Below are positions 1 to 9,562 of a stretch of 64,000 nt of DNA, in pieces. Positions within the stretch are counted from its first letter, which is position 1. Each line of letters starts with the position of its first letter. The position numbers and the translations under genes are program-made. Under the pieces are notes generated by a model that saw only the letters and a list, made by a program, of their open reading frames with translations, ran no database searches and was not told the origin of the DNA. The stretch spans positions 1 to 64,000 of the forward strand of contig CAWDYW010000002.1 of assembly GCA_963806855.1 (NCBI GenBank), read 5' to 3'. This DNA comes from an uncultured Verrucomicrobiae bacterium (GTDB lineage Bacteria; Chlamydiota; Chlamydiia; Chlamydiales; Rhabdochlamydiaceae).

Positions 1-480
1 GCGAGGGAGCCGTCGGTTGAGTAAATCGACTCGATGCAGATGAAACATTCGTTTTGGCATACTTTAAGACGGCTCTCAAGATGATCGAGATCGTTGTGTC
101 GAAAGGGGAGGGCCTTAGCTGAACTTAAACGAATGCCGTCGCGGGTCGAGGCGTGCACATGGGCATCAAAGAGTATCGCCCTGTCGCTCGTGCCTATTGT
201 CGAAATCAATCCCAAATTTGCCATATAGCCACAGTTGAAGAGTAGCCCCGCTTCATACCCATGGAACTGGGCGATCTGGTCCTCCAGCTCTCACCGCATA
301 GGTCGTATTCCCTGTCAGCAGCCGAGAACCGGTTGAGCCCCCACGCCACTTCTGAGAGCAGCCTGCCAGCCCCAAGTAGTCATTGGATGCAAAATCGATC
401 AATTTAGGGAACGTTTGTAGCTCCCGAAAATTCCCCAGTTTGGTCCTCTTCAGCAACCGTTGTTCCAAGTGCAAAGTCAT
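1..480 (-). CDS. bioF: 8-amino-7-oxononanoate synthase, N-terminal part (runs off window); apparent 1-nt frameshift near 291
   Basis: LIDFASNDYLGL and GSTGSRLLTGN motifs; the other frame continues ELEDQIAQFHGYEAGLLFNCGYMANLG...FRHNDLDHL...ESIYSTDG; overlaps bioB stop. Confidence 0.9.
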
Positions 481-1415
481 CGTAACCCCAGCAGCTCAAA
501 CATTTCCTTATCCCGATCGACGGGAGAATTGCCCACCGTCAGCAACTTTTCCCCCATGTGGATCGAATTTGCGCCGGCGAAAAAACAGAGCGCCTGATCT
601 TCAAATGACATCTCAGCTCGACCGGCAGACAAACGGACCATCGTTCTTGGCATCACGATCCGGGCCAGCGCGATGATCCGAAGCATTTCCCAAATCGAGA
701 CTGGCGGCTGGTTTTCGAGCGGCGTGCCAGGAATAGCAGACAACCGATTGATGGGGACTGACTCGGGGTGCGGATTTTGTGACGAGAGCGCTTGGAGCAG
801 CTCTAATCGATCGAGCACCTCCTCTCCCATCCCTAAAATGCCGCCGCAGCAGACCGTGATCTCTGCCTTCCTGACTGCTTTGATCGTGTTCAACCGGTCC
901 TGATAGGTTCTCGTCGTGATGATCTTGGGGTAGAATTTCTCTGAAGTGTCGAGATTATGGCTATAGGCATAGGCGCCCGCCTCTTTTAGACGTCGTGCTT
1001 GCGCTTCATTGAGCATCCCAAGACAGCAGCACACCTCAACTCCCCAAGCAGTGATCTCCTTGGTCATCTGGAGCACAGCCTCAAACTGCTTGCTGTCGCG
1101 AACCTCCCGCCACGCTGCGACAAGACAAACCCGCGTCGCCCCTTGCGCATGTGCCTGCTTAGCCTTCTCGAGCACCTCTTCGACACTCATCATCGGCAAA
1201 GGAGCGACCGCAGTTTTGTAGCGAGAAGATTGAGCACAGTACTTGCAGTCCTCCGAGCAGCCACCCGTCTTGAACAAGATACACTGACAGCGCTGCACTT
1301 TGCACACCTCATGGAAGGCGCAGTGCACCCCATGGGCCTTTGAAATCAGCTCCATCAGCGGCAGCTCATACAGCTCTTTTAATTCTTCAATTTTCCAATC
1401 GTAGCGTATGTTCAT
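477..1415 (-). CDS. bioB: Biotin synthase (radical SAM)
   Basis: KTGGCSEDCKYCAQS CxxxCxxC motif, YSHNLDTS, VCCGGILGMGE, PESVPIN, VRLSAGR, FFAGANSI. Confidence 0.97.
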   Translation of the reverse strand: MNIRYDWKIEELKELYELPLMELISKAHGVHCAFHEVCKVQRCQCILFKTGGCSEDCKYCAQSSRYKTAVAPLPMMSVEEVLEKAKQAHAQGATRVCLVAAWREVRDSKQFEAVLQMTKEITAWGVEVCCCLGMLNEAQARRLKEAGAYAYSHNLDTSEKFYPKIITTRTYQDRLNTIKAVRKAEITVCCGGILGMGEEVLDRLELLQALSSQNPHPESVPINRLSAIPGTPLENQPPVSIWEMLRIIALARIVMPRTMVRLSAGRAEMSFEDQALCFFAGANSIHMGEKLLTVGNSPVDRDKEMFELLGLR

Positions 1416-1469
1416 GCTCGAAATGTTAAACCGATGATTTTCCGATTTTCAATGCAAAACCAGACGCTT

Positions 1470-1554
1470 TAAACTAGAAAGTGGTTTACGAAAAACGAAA
1501 GCGAGTTTAAAATGACCTCTTTGTCCTGTTTTGATCAAACCAGAAAGTAGTTTG
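1470..1554. promoter_or_regulatory. Two copies of an imperfect palindrome (candidate operator) between divergent bioB and the wHTH gene
   Basis: taaactagaaagtggttta (1470-1488) and caaaccagaaagtagtttg (1536-1554); shared core AAACYAGAAAGTRGTTT. Confidence 0.55.
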
Positions 1555-1583
1555 TAACAGGCAAAAGAAGGGTTGATTTTTTT

Positions 1584-2370
1584 ATGCTCGAAGTCTTGTG
1601 TGGCAACAAAAATGTGCAGCGGATCCTCCTTTTTCTGTTCGTCAATGGAAAATGTTATGGGTCGCAGCTCCACCGCTCTCTCAAAACTCCGCTCACACCG
1701 TTGCAGAAAGCATTAAACCGGCTGGAAAAAGGTGGCCTCATCACTAGCTACTATGAGGGAAAAACCCGCCTCTACCAATTCAATCCCGCCTATCCCTTGA
1801 TCGGTGAAGTGGAGCATCTGCTGAAAAAAGCCTATACCCTCCTCCCTGCGCCGGAGAAAAAGCAGTACTACGTCCTCAAAGTGGAAGGTTCCATCACCGG
1901 TGAGACCAATCTCCAAGTGCTCCTCGCCTTTTGGGAAAAACTGCTCACCGTCTCAGAGGTCTCCTTTCATGCAATGAGCAAAACGGGGGAAGAGATTGGC
2001 TGGAACGGCAAAGGGAAGGGAGAAGTGACCAAGACCAAAGAGGGATCCAATATCCTCATCTTCACTGAAAAGGGAACATGGCAGGGGAAACAGGGGAGGA
2101 GAACTCGCCTTTAGCAACGTCTTCCGCTGGACGCTCGATCGGCGCGCCGGCGTCATTTCGCTCGAACATTTGCGCAGGGGCCCCGACCATCCAGTCTTCC
2201 TCTTCCACCTGGCCCCCACGAGCAAACACGCGCTCTCATCGGTCGATTCCCATCTTTGCGAGGGGGATACCTACTTTGGCCAAATCCACTTTGACCGCTT
2301 CAGCCTCCGCCTCAACTGGCGCGTGATCGGTCCAAAGAAAAACGAGGAGATCAATTATTACTACAGTTAA
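1584..2370 (+). CDS. Winged-helix DNA-binding domain fused to DUF6314-like domain, about 261 aa; split by one extra base near 2093-2096
   Basis: N-terminal wHTH (YGSQLHRSLKTPLTPLQKALNRLEKGGLITS..GKTRLYQFN); C-terminal WNGKGKGEV...FTEKGTW continues in +1 frame as FSNVFRWTLD...HLCEGDTYFG...WRVIGPKKNEEINYYY. Confidence 0.7.
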
Positions 2371-2378
2371 TATTTTAT

Positions 2379-2414
2379 ACTGCACCAAAATGCATTTGTG
2401 CGATTTGGTGCAGT
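2379..2414. terminator. Hairpin between convergent genes, possible bidirectional terminator
   Basis: actgcaccaaa ... tttggtgcagt, 11-bp perfect stem. Confidence 0.6.
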
Positions 2415-2464
2415 CTGAAAAGTAGGTAAAAATATGTTAGACCCTTTCTTAAGTTATGCCCGGA

Positions 2465-3556
2465 TTATTTTAAATCGAACTTAACGCATTTGCCGTTTTG
2501 ACCTACCGCCCATCTACCTGACTTGTCGAATACAATAGAATTGAACTCGCTAAGCTCACTGCTAGTCCCATCGGCAACGAGCAATTCTTCTCCGGAGGTC
2601 CATACCACGCAGGAGAGATAGAGCCCATTAAGATTGTGGTTAGGAACAGGTTCCCAATGCACTCCTCCATCTCGCGTGAGGTACACATTGTGAGCGAAGG
2701 TAAGGCCTTTGTAATCACCCCCTACAGCTACGCCTATTTCCTTTGTGCAGAAAGACAGAGAGAAGAGTCCAGAGCTTGGTGAGGAGGGCATATTGGTGTC
2801 TGTTACATCCCAAGTATCCCCTCCATCCGAAGAATAAAAAACACGAGCGGTTCGAGCGCCTCCTGTGGCAAACCAAACATGAGAAGACCCATGCACGGCA
2901 AGACATGTGTTGCTCGCAGAAAAGGCGCCTTCTCCTGGCATTGCAGGGGGCATTCTTTTAGGATCCACACGATGCCAAGATTGCCCACCATTATTTGTTC
3001 TAAACAAAACAAATTGCCCATTTTGGGGATCGCTTAGTACAAGCCCATTGTCAGTATCGCAAAAAACCATTGCAGAAAAAAATAACCCAGGTTCTGTAGG
3101 TTTTAAGACGCATTCCCAAGTAGCGCCACCGTTTGAGGTTCTGTAGATGCGGGATTCTCCATCTTCTGAAGGACCCGCGCTCATCGCACAGGCATTCTGT
3201 GAGCTAGAGGCACAAATGGCCCGGAACCCGAGTCCTGATCCATCGGCAACTGGAACTTTAGTCCACTTGAATCCGTCGTCAACACTCACAGCGATTTCTC
3301 CTAGGGAGCCGCCTATCCAAACACTTCCATCTTGCGCTACTGTAAGGGCTCTTAAATTACTCTCACTATTAGTCTGAACAACTGTACGAGCAGGGATTGC
3401 ATTTACACTTAAAAGCGATGGAGTGGTGCCAACGGAGAGCAGTGGGGTTGTGTCGATTCTGTTAGTTCGGTCGATAGATGTCGATAATACGGGGGCCCAC
3501 TTATCCCTTATATCACGAGGAGAAGCAGATCCTGAAACTGGATTGGCTGAAAACAT
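2465..3556 (-). CDS. BNR/Asp-box (Ycf48-like) beta-propeller protein with Ser/Thr/Pro-rich N-terminal extension
   Basis: Repeated Asp boxes SVDDGFKW, TSNGGATW, TNNGGQSW, SSDGGDTW, TRDGGVHW; EGAFSASNT; VAVGGDY. Confidence 0.85.
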   Translation of the reverse strand: MFSANPVSGSASPRDIRDKWAPVLSTSIDRTNRIDTTPLLSVGTTPSLLSVNAIPARTVVQTNSESNLRALTVAQDGSVWIGGSLGEIAVSVDDGFKWTKVPVADGSGLGFRAICASSSQNACAMSAGPSEDGESRIYRTSNGGATWECVLKPTEPGLFFSAMVFCDTDNGLVLSDPQNGQFVLFRTNNGGQSWHRVDPKRMPPAMPGEGAFSASNTCLAVHGSSHVWFATGGARTARVFYSSDGGDTWDVTDTNMPSSPSSGLFSLSFCTKEIGVAVGGDYKGLTFAHNVYLTRDGGVHWEPVPNHNLNGLYLSCVVWTSGEELLVADGTSSELSEFNSIVFDKSGRWAVGQNGKCVKFDLK

Positions 3557-3743
3557 GGTTTGCCTCCTTTTAACTTGAAAGAGGGGCTAAATTTACTAAA
3601 TATTGAATTTTAATACCATAGGACTCATAGAGTCCTTTTTCCAATTCATTGTATTCTCATTGATATTGTTTCATGTTTTATAATATATATAGAAAAAATT
3701 TACATATTTTAAATATTAATACAATATGCTATAATTACTTTAC

Positions 3744-4667
3744 ATGATTAATATAAAAGCTGGCATTACTGCGTTTTGCGATAGTAGCTATAATTTGATT
3801 TCTAACCCTTTTCTTTCGCCTGAGGCAAAAAATAAGATTTCCCGAATCTTCTGGATCTCTTTAGCTTGCTGGAGCGTTTATAATTTGGTCGATTCTGGCC
3901 TTGCCCACTTTTTGGCCCTCGAAACTTTACCTCATGGGACCGGTCCTCTTGGCTATATTGGGATTAATCTTTTTGGAGCTGACCCGAATTATGGCGGAGG
4001 CAGCACAGGGTCAAGTGCAGGAACAGGTCATGAACCGCATCTTTCAAATTCAAAGAATTTTTTTTATGTCTTTAAAGACTCTGAATTTCCAACCGATAAT
4101 CATAGCATATTGGAACAGGTAGTTGAATATGGAAATCTATTGCCAAGATTGCATGCGATTCTCTCTGGCATGGGGACATGCGGTTATACTTTGAATGATG
4201 GAACTCAAAATTTAGCTCGAGGAATTGTTGGAGGCGCTTTAGGATTTTTAACTCCTACGCTAAAGTTCAGATTTACACCTGATGCTGTGATATGTGGAGG
4301 AAAATCTTGTCGCTTTCAAAATGATGAATGTTATGGAAATGTTGCATATAAAACAGCACAGCCGATCTCAGCCATTCATCTCGGAATAACAGGCAGCTTA
4401 ACGCAAGGAATTAATTCTAATTTTTGGCAGCGGATAGCATCTCATCCCAAAAAAGTTGCGTTTGGGGTTGCGCTGCTTACTACAGCGGCGATCGTTGCCA
4501 AGCTGACCTATTCCTATATTAATTCTCCTCCCCAAAAAATTGAAGAAATCCCTGCGCCTTCACCAAAGACCTGTTGTCAGAGTTTTAAAGGAAGGGCCAA
4601 AGCGCTCCTTAAAAATACCCTTTGGGAAGGTCTTGCCTTAACTATTATCACTCTAAATACTCTTTAA
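3744..4667 (+). CDS. Hypothetical membrane-associated protein
   Basis: 307-aa ORF with hydrophobic segments; TGcTATAAT 8 nt upstream of ATG. Confidence 0.7.
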   Translation: MINIKAGITAFCDSSYNLISNPFLSPEAKNKISRIFWISLACWSVYNLVDSGLAHFLALETLPHGTGPLGYIGINLFGADPNYGGGSTGSSAGTGHEPHLSNSKNFFYVFKDSEFPTDNHSILEQVVEYGNLLPRLHAILSGMGTCGYTLNDGTQNLARGIVGGALGFLTPTLKFRFTPDAVICGGKSCRFQNDECYGNVAYKTAQPISAIHLGITGSLTQGINSNFWQRIASHPKKVAFGVALLTTAAIVAKLTYSYINSPPQKIEEIPAPSPKTCCQSFKGRAKALLKNTLWEGLALTIITLNTL

Positions 4668-4726
4668 AAGTGCTACTTGCAACTTTTAGCTAAACTCTTT
4701 ACCATTTCCGATCGCATAAGGGACAA

Positions 4727-6499
4727 ATGGTTTCATACAAAGAGCTCATCGGTTTTATTTGGCGCTTCATTCGACTGCAAAAATGGGTCTTCTTTTTTAT
4801 TTTTCTGATCGACAGCTTTGCCTGGTCGCTCGATGCGTTGCTCTGGCCCTATATTTTACATATCGTCATCGACATTTTTACCCGCTTTGAAGGGGATCGG
4901 GGAGCCGCTTGGCAGGCACTCAAAGGGCCGATCATCGGAGCAATCTGCTTAGTCATGTATGTTGAGACTGCCTCGCGCACGATGGCCTTTTTGATGGCCA
5001 GGGCGATGCCAAAACTCGGTGCCGATATCCGCATGGCGATGTTCGATCATATCGAGCACCATAGCCCCCAGTACTTCAATGAGAGGTTTGGAGGGGCGCT
5101 TGCCAACAAGATCACCGACATGACCACTCAGGTGGAATCGATCTTTCGGGAGTTGTTCTGGCCAATTGTCCCGGCTCTTTCCACCTGTATCCTGGGAGCG
5201 GGGTTTCTTTGGTTCGTCAATCCGATTTTCAGCTACATCTTGCTCGGCTGGACTGCTATCCATATGGCGATCTGTCTCAAATTTGCCCGCCCGGTGGATG
5301 AGTATGAGCATCGGCATGGGGAGGCCCGCAGCACCCTCCTTGGCAAGATTGTCGATAGTTTCACCAACAACTTTGCCGTCAACCTGTTCTACCGCTTCCG
5401 CCATGAAAAAAACACCATTGCAGGTTATCAGAAAATCGAACAGGAGACTTATACCAAGGCCAGGCTCTATGTCGTCAAGATGCAGTGTTTCTTGTCGCTG
5501 TTTTACTTTTTCGGAGTGATCGTGGGGGTATTTGGGACTATGATCTATGTCTGGATCAAGGGACAGATCACGACGGGGCAAGTGGTGCAAGTGTTCACCA
5601 CCATGTGGAGCCTCTCGATTATCTTGTGGACAGTCAGCACGACGATACCTACCCTTTTCCAATCTTTTGGGATTGCCAAACAGGCCTATTCGGTGATGCG
5701 CGACCCGCAAGATATCGGAGATAAGCCAGGGGCAACACCGCTGCAGATCCGTACTGGAGAGATCGTCTTCGAAAACGTCTCATTCCAATATGGGGAAAAT
5801 AAGCTTTTCCAAAATAAGCATGCCCAGATTCGAGGTGGCGAAAAGGTGGGGCTCGTTGGCTTTACCGGGGCGGGGAAATCGAGCTTCGTCAACTTAATCT
5901 TAAGGTTTTTCCCTCTCCACGAAGGAAAAATCCTCATCGACGGTCAAGATGCGGCAGAGGTCACCCTCGAATCGCTCCGTCGCCAGATCGCCCTCATCCC
6001 GCAAGATCCGATCCTGTTCCACCGGACTCTGTGGGAAAACATCGCCTATGGAAAGCCTGAAGCATCTGATGCAGAAATACTCCTGGCATCGCAATTGGCC
6101 CATTGCGATGAGTTCATTGGGCGGATCCCGAAAGCTTACCAAGCGCGAGTAGGAGAGAGGGGAACCAAGCTCTCTGGCGGCGAGAGGCAGCGGATCGCGA
6201 TTGCCCGTGCGATTTTGGTCGATGCGCCGATTCTCATCTTGGATGAGGCCACCTCTGCGCTCGACTCGGTCACCGAAGCCTACATCCAGGAGAGCCTCGC
6301 AAAGCTGATGCAGAATCGGACGGCGATTGTAATCGCCCATCGCCTCTCGACCCTCTCGCGCATGGATCGACTTCTCGTCTTCGATCGCGGCAAAATCGTC
6401 GAAGAGGGGAGCCATGCCGCTCTGCTGGCCAAAGAGGGGCTCTACGCACGAATGTGGAAAATGCAAGTTGGCGGCTTTTTACCAGAGAAGCCAGCATAA
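4727..6499 (+). CDS. ABC exporter, fused permease/ATP-binding (MsbA/MdlB-like)
   Basis: TM domain, Walker A GFTGAGKS, LSGGERQR, ILILDEATSALD. Confidence 0.95.
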   Translation: MVSYKELIGFIWRFIRLQKWVFFFIFLIDSFAWSLDALLWPYILHIVIDIFTRFEGDRGAAWQALKGPIIGAICLVMYVETASRTMAFLMARAMPKLGADIRMAMFDHIEHHSPQYFNERFGGALANKITDMTTQVESIFRELFWPIVPALSTCILGAGFLWFVNPIFSYILLGWTAIHMAICLKFARPVDEYEHRHGEARSTLLGKIVDSFTNNFAVNLFYRFRHEKNTIAGYQKIEQETYTKARLYVVKMQCFLSLFYFFGVIVGVFGTMIYVWIKGQITTGQVVQVFTTMWSLSIILWTVSTTIPTLFQSFGIAKQAYSVMRDPQDIGDKPGATPLQIRTGEIVFENVSFQYGENKLFQNKHAQIRGGEKVGLVGFTGAGKSSFVNLILRFFPLHEGKILIDGQDAAEVTLESLRRQIALIPQDPILFHRTLWENIAYGKPEASDAEILLASQLAHCDEFIGRIPKAYQARVGERGTKLSGGERQRIAIARAILVDAPILILDEATSALDSVTEAYIQESLAKLMQNRTAIVIAHRLSTLSRMDRLLVFDRGKIVEEGSHAALLAKEGLYARMWKMQVGGFLPEKPA

Positions 6500-6514
6500 A
6501 AATAAGGAGTTATT

Positions 6515-6913
6515 ATGACTAGCTGGATAAAAACAGACTATTATTGGTGGCAAATGACATCTGAGTGCAATGTAGCACAGAATGCCTGCATCGCGATGGT
6601 AGGGCAAGGGGCAATCAATGCAGTGGTATTGGCAGGCGATGTCGTGATTTTTTCCCTGAAAGAATGTTCAGGTGGATTTAACAAGGCCGTTCTGGCAGCT
6701 ACTTCGAGTGCTCTGGCTATCAACACTCTCTTTTTAGGCTTCGTTATCTATCTCAAAGCGCGCAACCATTGCGGTAAAGCAGATTCCTTTCTTAAAGAAG
6801 CGAATAATATCAGACGAGAAAAATGTTGCTACGATTCGACGATAGTTTTCTCTACGGTCTATATTGTGATGAATGTTGCCGCAATTGTCGCCTGGCATTA
6901 TTTTTGCAAATAA
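6515..6913 (+). CDS. Small hypothetical membrane protein (three hydrophobic segments)
   Basis: 132-aa ORF with strong RBS taaggag. Confidence 0.65.
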   Translation: MTSWIKTDYYWWQMTSECNVAQNACIAMVGQGAINAVVLAGDVVIFSLKECSGGFNKAVLAATSSALAINTLFLGFVIYLKARNHCGKADSFLKEANNIRREKCCYDSTIVFSTVYIVMNVAAIVAWHYFCK

Positions 6914-6918
6914 ATGAA

Positions 6919-7701
6919 TCAGAGGCGCATCCCGAACTGGTTGCCCGACTCGTAACGTTTAAGACCCAGGTGGAAAATGAAAAACGCCAGAGCAAGGAAG
7001 GCAAACGAGCTTCCTATGAGGAGGGTCAGCTTTAGCCAGGTAAAGTTGCGGAGCAATTCCACAGGGAGATAGGTGATGATCCCAGCGGGAATGAGGGTGA
7101 ACATGACCACTTGGAGCATGCCTGAATAGATGTGGGAAGGGTAGAGGGCGAAGAGAAAGAGAGAGTCGCAGTACCGTTTCGCCACACTTTCGATAGGGCC
7201 GAGCCAGAACACCAAGCTATGGACGATGATGCCGAAGCCTGTGAAAACCAAGCATCCGCAAATCATGCTGATTACGATTAAGGTGATGGCCGATAAGGTG
7301 AAAAATTTCCCAAGGAAGATCAAGATCAGGGTCGTCATCAATGAGCCCCAGCCCTTGGAGAAGGATTTGGATCCCGTGAGATGAAGCAGGAGATTTTTTG
7401 GCTGGGTCATAAAGGGGTCTAAATCGCCATTTAGAATCACCCGCGCGAGCTGTTTGACTCCTCCAAAACAGATCTGCATCAGCCCATAGGCTCCCATTCC
7501 GATGGCATTGAGAGCGATCATATCTGTGAGTGTCCACCCATCGATATCCTTAAATTGCCTAAAGAAGATCCACCACATCATAAGAAAGATAAGGTTGTTG
7601 GCGATCATAAGAACGCTTTCAAGCAGAAAAGCACCTCGCTGACTGATCGAGCCTCGAATACTCGTCCGGAGTAAGGAGAAAAAGAACGAGAGCGTCTTCA
7701 T
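6919..7701 (-). CDS. ABC-2 family (DUF990-type) permease
   Basis: ILNGDLDPFMTQPKN, ALYPSHIY, GLKRYESGN motifs; six TM. Confidence 0.9.
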   Translation of the reverse strand: MKTLSFFFSLLRTSIRGSISQRGAFLLESVLMIANNLIFLMMWWIFFRQFKDIDGWTLTDMIALNAIGMGAYGLMQICFGGVKQLARVILNGDLDPFMTQPKNLLLHLTGSKSFSKGWGSLMTTLILIFLGKFFTLSAITLIVISMICGCLVFTGFGIIVHSLVFWLGPIESVAKRYCDSLFLFALYPSHIYSGMLQVVMFTLIPAGIITYLPVELLRNFTWLKLTLLIGSSFAFLALAFFIFHLGLKRYESGNQFGMRL

Positions 7702-8484
7702 TTAGCCTCCCTCCACGTTGAGGATCGCCAGACCCCTGCGATAGAGGAGGAAGAGGGCTGTCGTTGCAAGTAGACCCCAGAAGAGCAATGTGCTGATGAC
7801 GGAAAAAGCGGCAGATGCGCTGAAGTGGACCGCCAGAGCGCTTCTATCGCCTAAAATTGCGGGGAAGGGGGTTAGCCGCGCGAGAGTTTGTAGCCATTCG
7901 GGATAGACAGCTAAGGGAAGCATCAGTCCCCCAAAAGTGAACAGGAGCTTCTCCCAGAGCCAGTAAAAGGGGCTGACATTTTGCAACCAAAAGGCAGATA
8001 GGCCAACGAGCATTTGAAAAAGCAGACCGATGCATCCGGCAAAAAAACCGATGAGCACGGTGACAGGGAAGGCGGCCAAACTGAAGGGGATTGTACCGAG
8101 CATAAGCCATGTAAAGGCAAAGGCAATGATGCCGAGGAAGAGGAGATTGACGCACAGCATCCCTAGCCCTTCAAAAAATGTGGCCAATAGATAGGAGATC
8201 GGCCTCGGCAGCAAATAGGCGAGTCTTCCACTTCTGAGGTCTTGCTCCATCTCTTCTTGTACATCGGGCAGAGAGATCAGGACCCATTCGTTGAAGGCAA
8301 TGTACCAGAGAAGCTGATCAGGGCGCAGGTCAATCGCCCCGGTTTTGGCAGCCGCCATTTTCCACAGATTTGCAAAGATCAGCAAACAGGTGATCAAAAA
8401 GATGCTCAGACCAATCAATGACTTATAATTTTTTAAGCTATGGATGGCAGCTAGATTAAAGATCGTGAGATATTTTTTAGCCAT
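7702..8484 (-). CDS. ABC-2 family (DUF990-type) permease (start MAKKYL)
   Basis: DLRSGRLAYLLPRP, GGLMLPLAVYPEWL, C-terminal VEGG. Confidence 0.9.
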   Translation of the reverse strand: MAKKYLTIFNLAAIHSLKNYKSLIGLSIFLITCLLIFANLWKMAAAKTGAIDLRPDQLLWYIAFNEWVLISLPDVQEEMEQDLRSGRLAYLLPRPISYLLATFFEGLGMLCVNLLFLGIIAFAFTWLMLGTIPFSLAAFPVTVLIGFFAGCIGLLFQMLVGLSAFWLQNVSPFYWLWEKLLFTFGGLMLPLAVYPEWLQTLARLTPFPAILGDRSALAVHFSASAAFSVISTLLFWGLLATTALFLLYRRGLAILNVEGG

Positions 8485-9457
8485 TGTTGTACAAAGTCCG
8501 AATAATTTCTTCCATCGAAGGCTCCTCAATCGAGATGTCCTTCAAGCTGGTCAGTTTGAGAGCTTCGTGAATGACCTGTTCAATGGGGACGACGCTTAAG
8601 TCAATTTCACAAGTAAAGTGGTAATTGCCATTTTCTAGAATTTTGATGCCCGGCAGCGACAAGGGGAGCGTTTCTGCATCGCTCGTCAGGGTGAGGATCT
8701 TCTTTTTCACGTAGCTTCTTTTCAATTCGCGCAAAGGGCTATCGGTGATAATCGTCCCCTTGTCGAGCACAATGACCCGATCGCACACCTGTTCGATATC
8801 GGCAGTGTCGTGAGAAGTTAAAAATAGGGTAGTCTTTTGCTCCCGAGATAAACGATTTAACAACCCCCGAATTTTAAGCTTGGCGTTGATGTCTAATCCA
8901 ATTGTCGGCTCATCGAGAAAGAGGATCTCCGGCTGATGCAATAGACTGGCGACAATTTCACAGCGCATCCTCTGTCCCAAAGAGAGCTGACGGACAGGCT
9001 TATGGAGGAAGGGGCCAATTTCAAATGCTTCAACTAAAGCGCTCAATTGTTTTCGGTAGAAGCTTGAGTCCAATTCATAGATTTTTGAAAGGAGATCAAA
9101 AGTGTCGGACGGGGGGAGGTGGTGCCATAATTGGGTCCGCTGACCAAAGACCGTCCCAATTTTATACCCGAGCTTGCGCCTCTCTTTCCAGGGGATGAAC
9201 CCGAGCACCTTGATCGAGCCAGAAGTGGGATAGAGAATCCCTGTCAACATCTTAATCGTCGTCGACTTTCCGGCGCCATTTGGCCCAATAAAAGCGACCC
9301 TCTCCCCCTGGTGAATCGAAAATGAGAGCTCCTTGATCGCAGCAACTTCTGTGACCTTGCTGCAAAAGAGCCCCTTAAGTGCTCCAAAAATCCCAGGGAA
9401 ATTTTTCCTAATAGAAAAATTCTTGGATAGCCGCTCGACTTGGATGACTTCTCGCAT
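8477..9457 (-). CDS. ABC transporter ATP-binding subunit
   Basis: GPNGAGKST, VFGQRTQLW, LSLGQRMR, FLDEPTIGLD. Confidence 0.95.
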   Translation of the reverse strand: MREVIQVERLSKNFSIRKNFPGIFGALKGLFCSKVTEVAAIKELSFSIHQGERVAFIGPNGAGKSTTIKMLTGILYPTSGSIKVLGFIPWKERRKLGYKIGTVFGQRTQLWHHLPPSDTFDLLSKIYELDSSFYRKQLSALVEAFEIGPFLHKPVRQLSLGQRMRCEIVASLLHQPEILFLDEPTIGLDINAKLKIRGLLNRLSREQKTTLFLTSHDTADIEQVCDRVIVLDKGTIITDSPLRELKRSYVKKKILTLTSDAETLPLSLPGIKILENGNYHFTCEIDLSVVPIEQVIHEALKLTSLKDISIEEPSMEEIIRTLYNNG

Positions 9458-9562
9458 AGACAGAATCTTGTGTGAAAATAGCTCGAGTATATCCTGATGC
9501 GAATTTAATCACAAGTGCAATTGTGCTTCTCTAAAACAGCCTTTAGATTATAATTGGATTCT

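Noticed and set aside
1420..1490. Canonical BirA operator upstream of bioB
   Set aside because: AAACC and GGTTT half-sites occur but not at the 14-15 bp BirA spacing.
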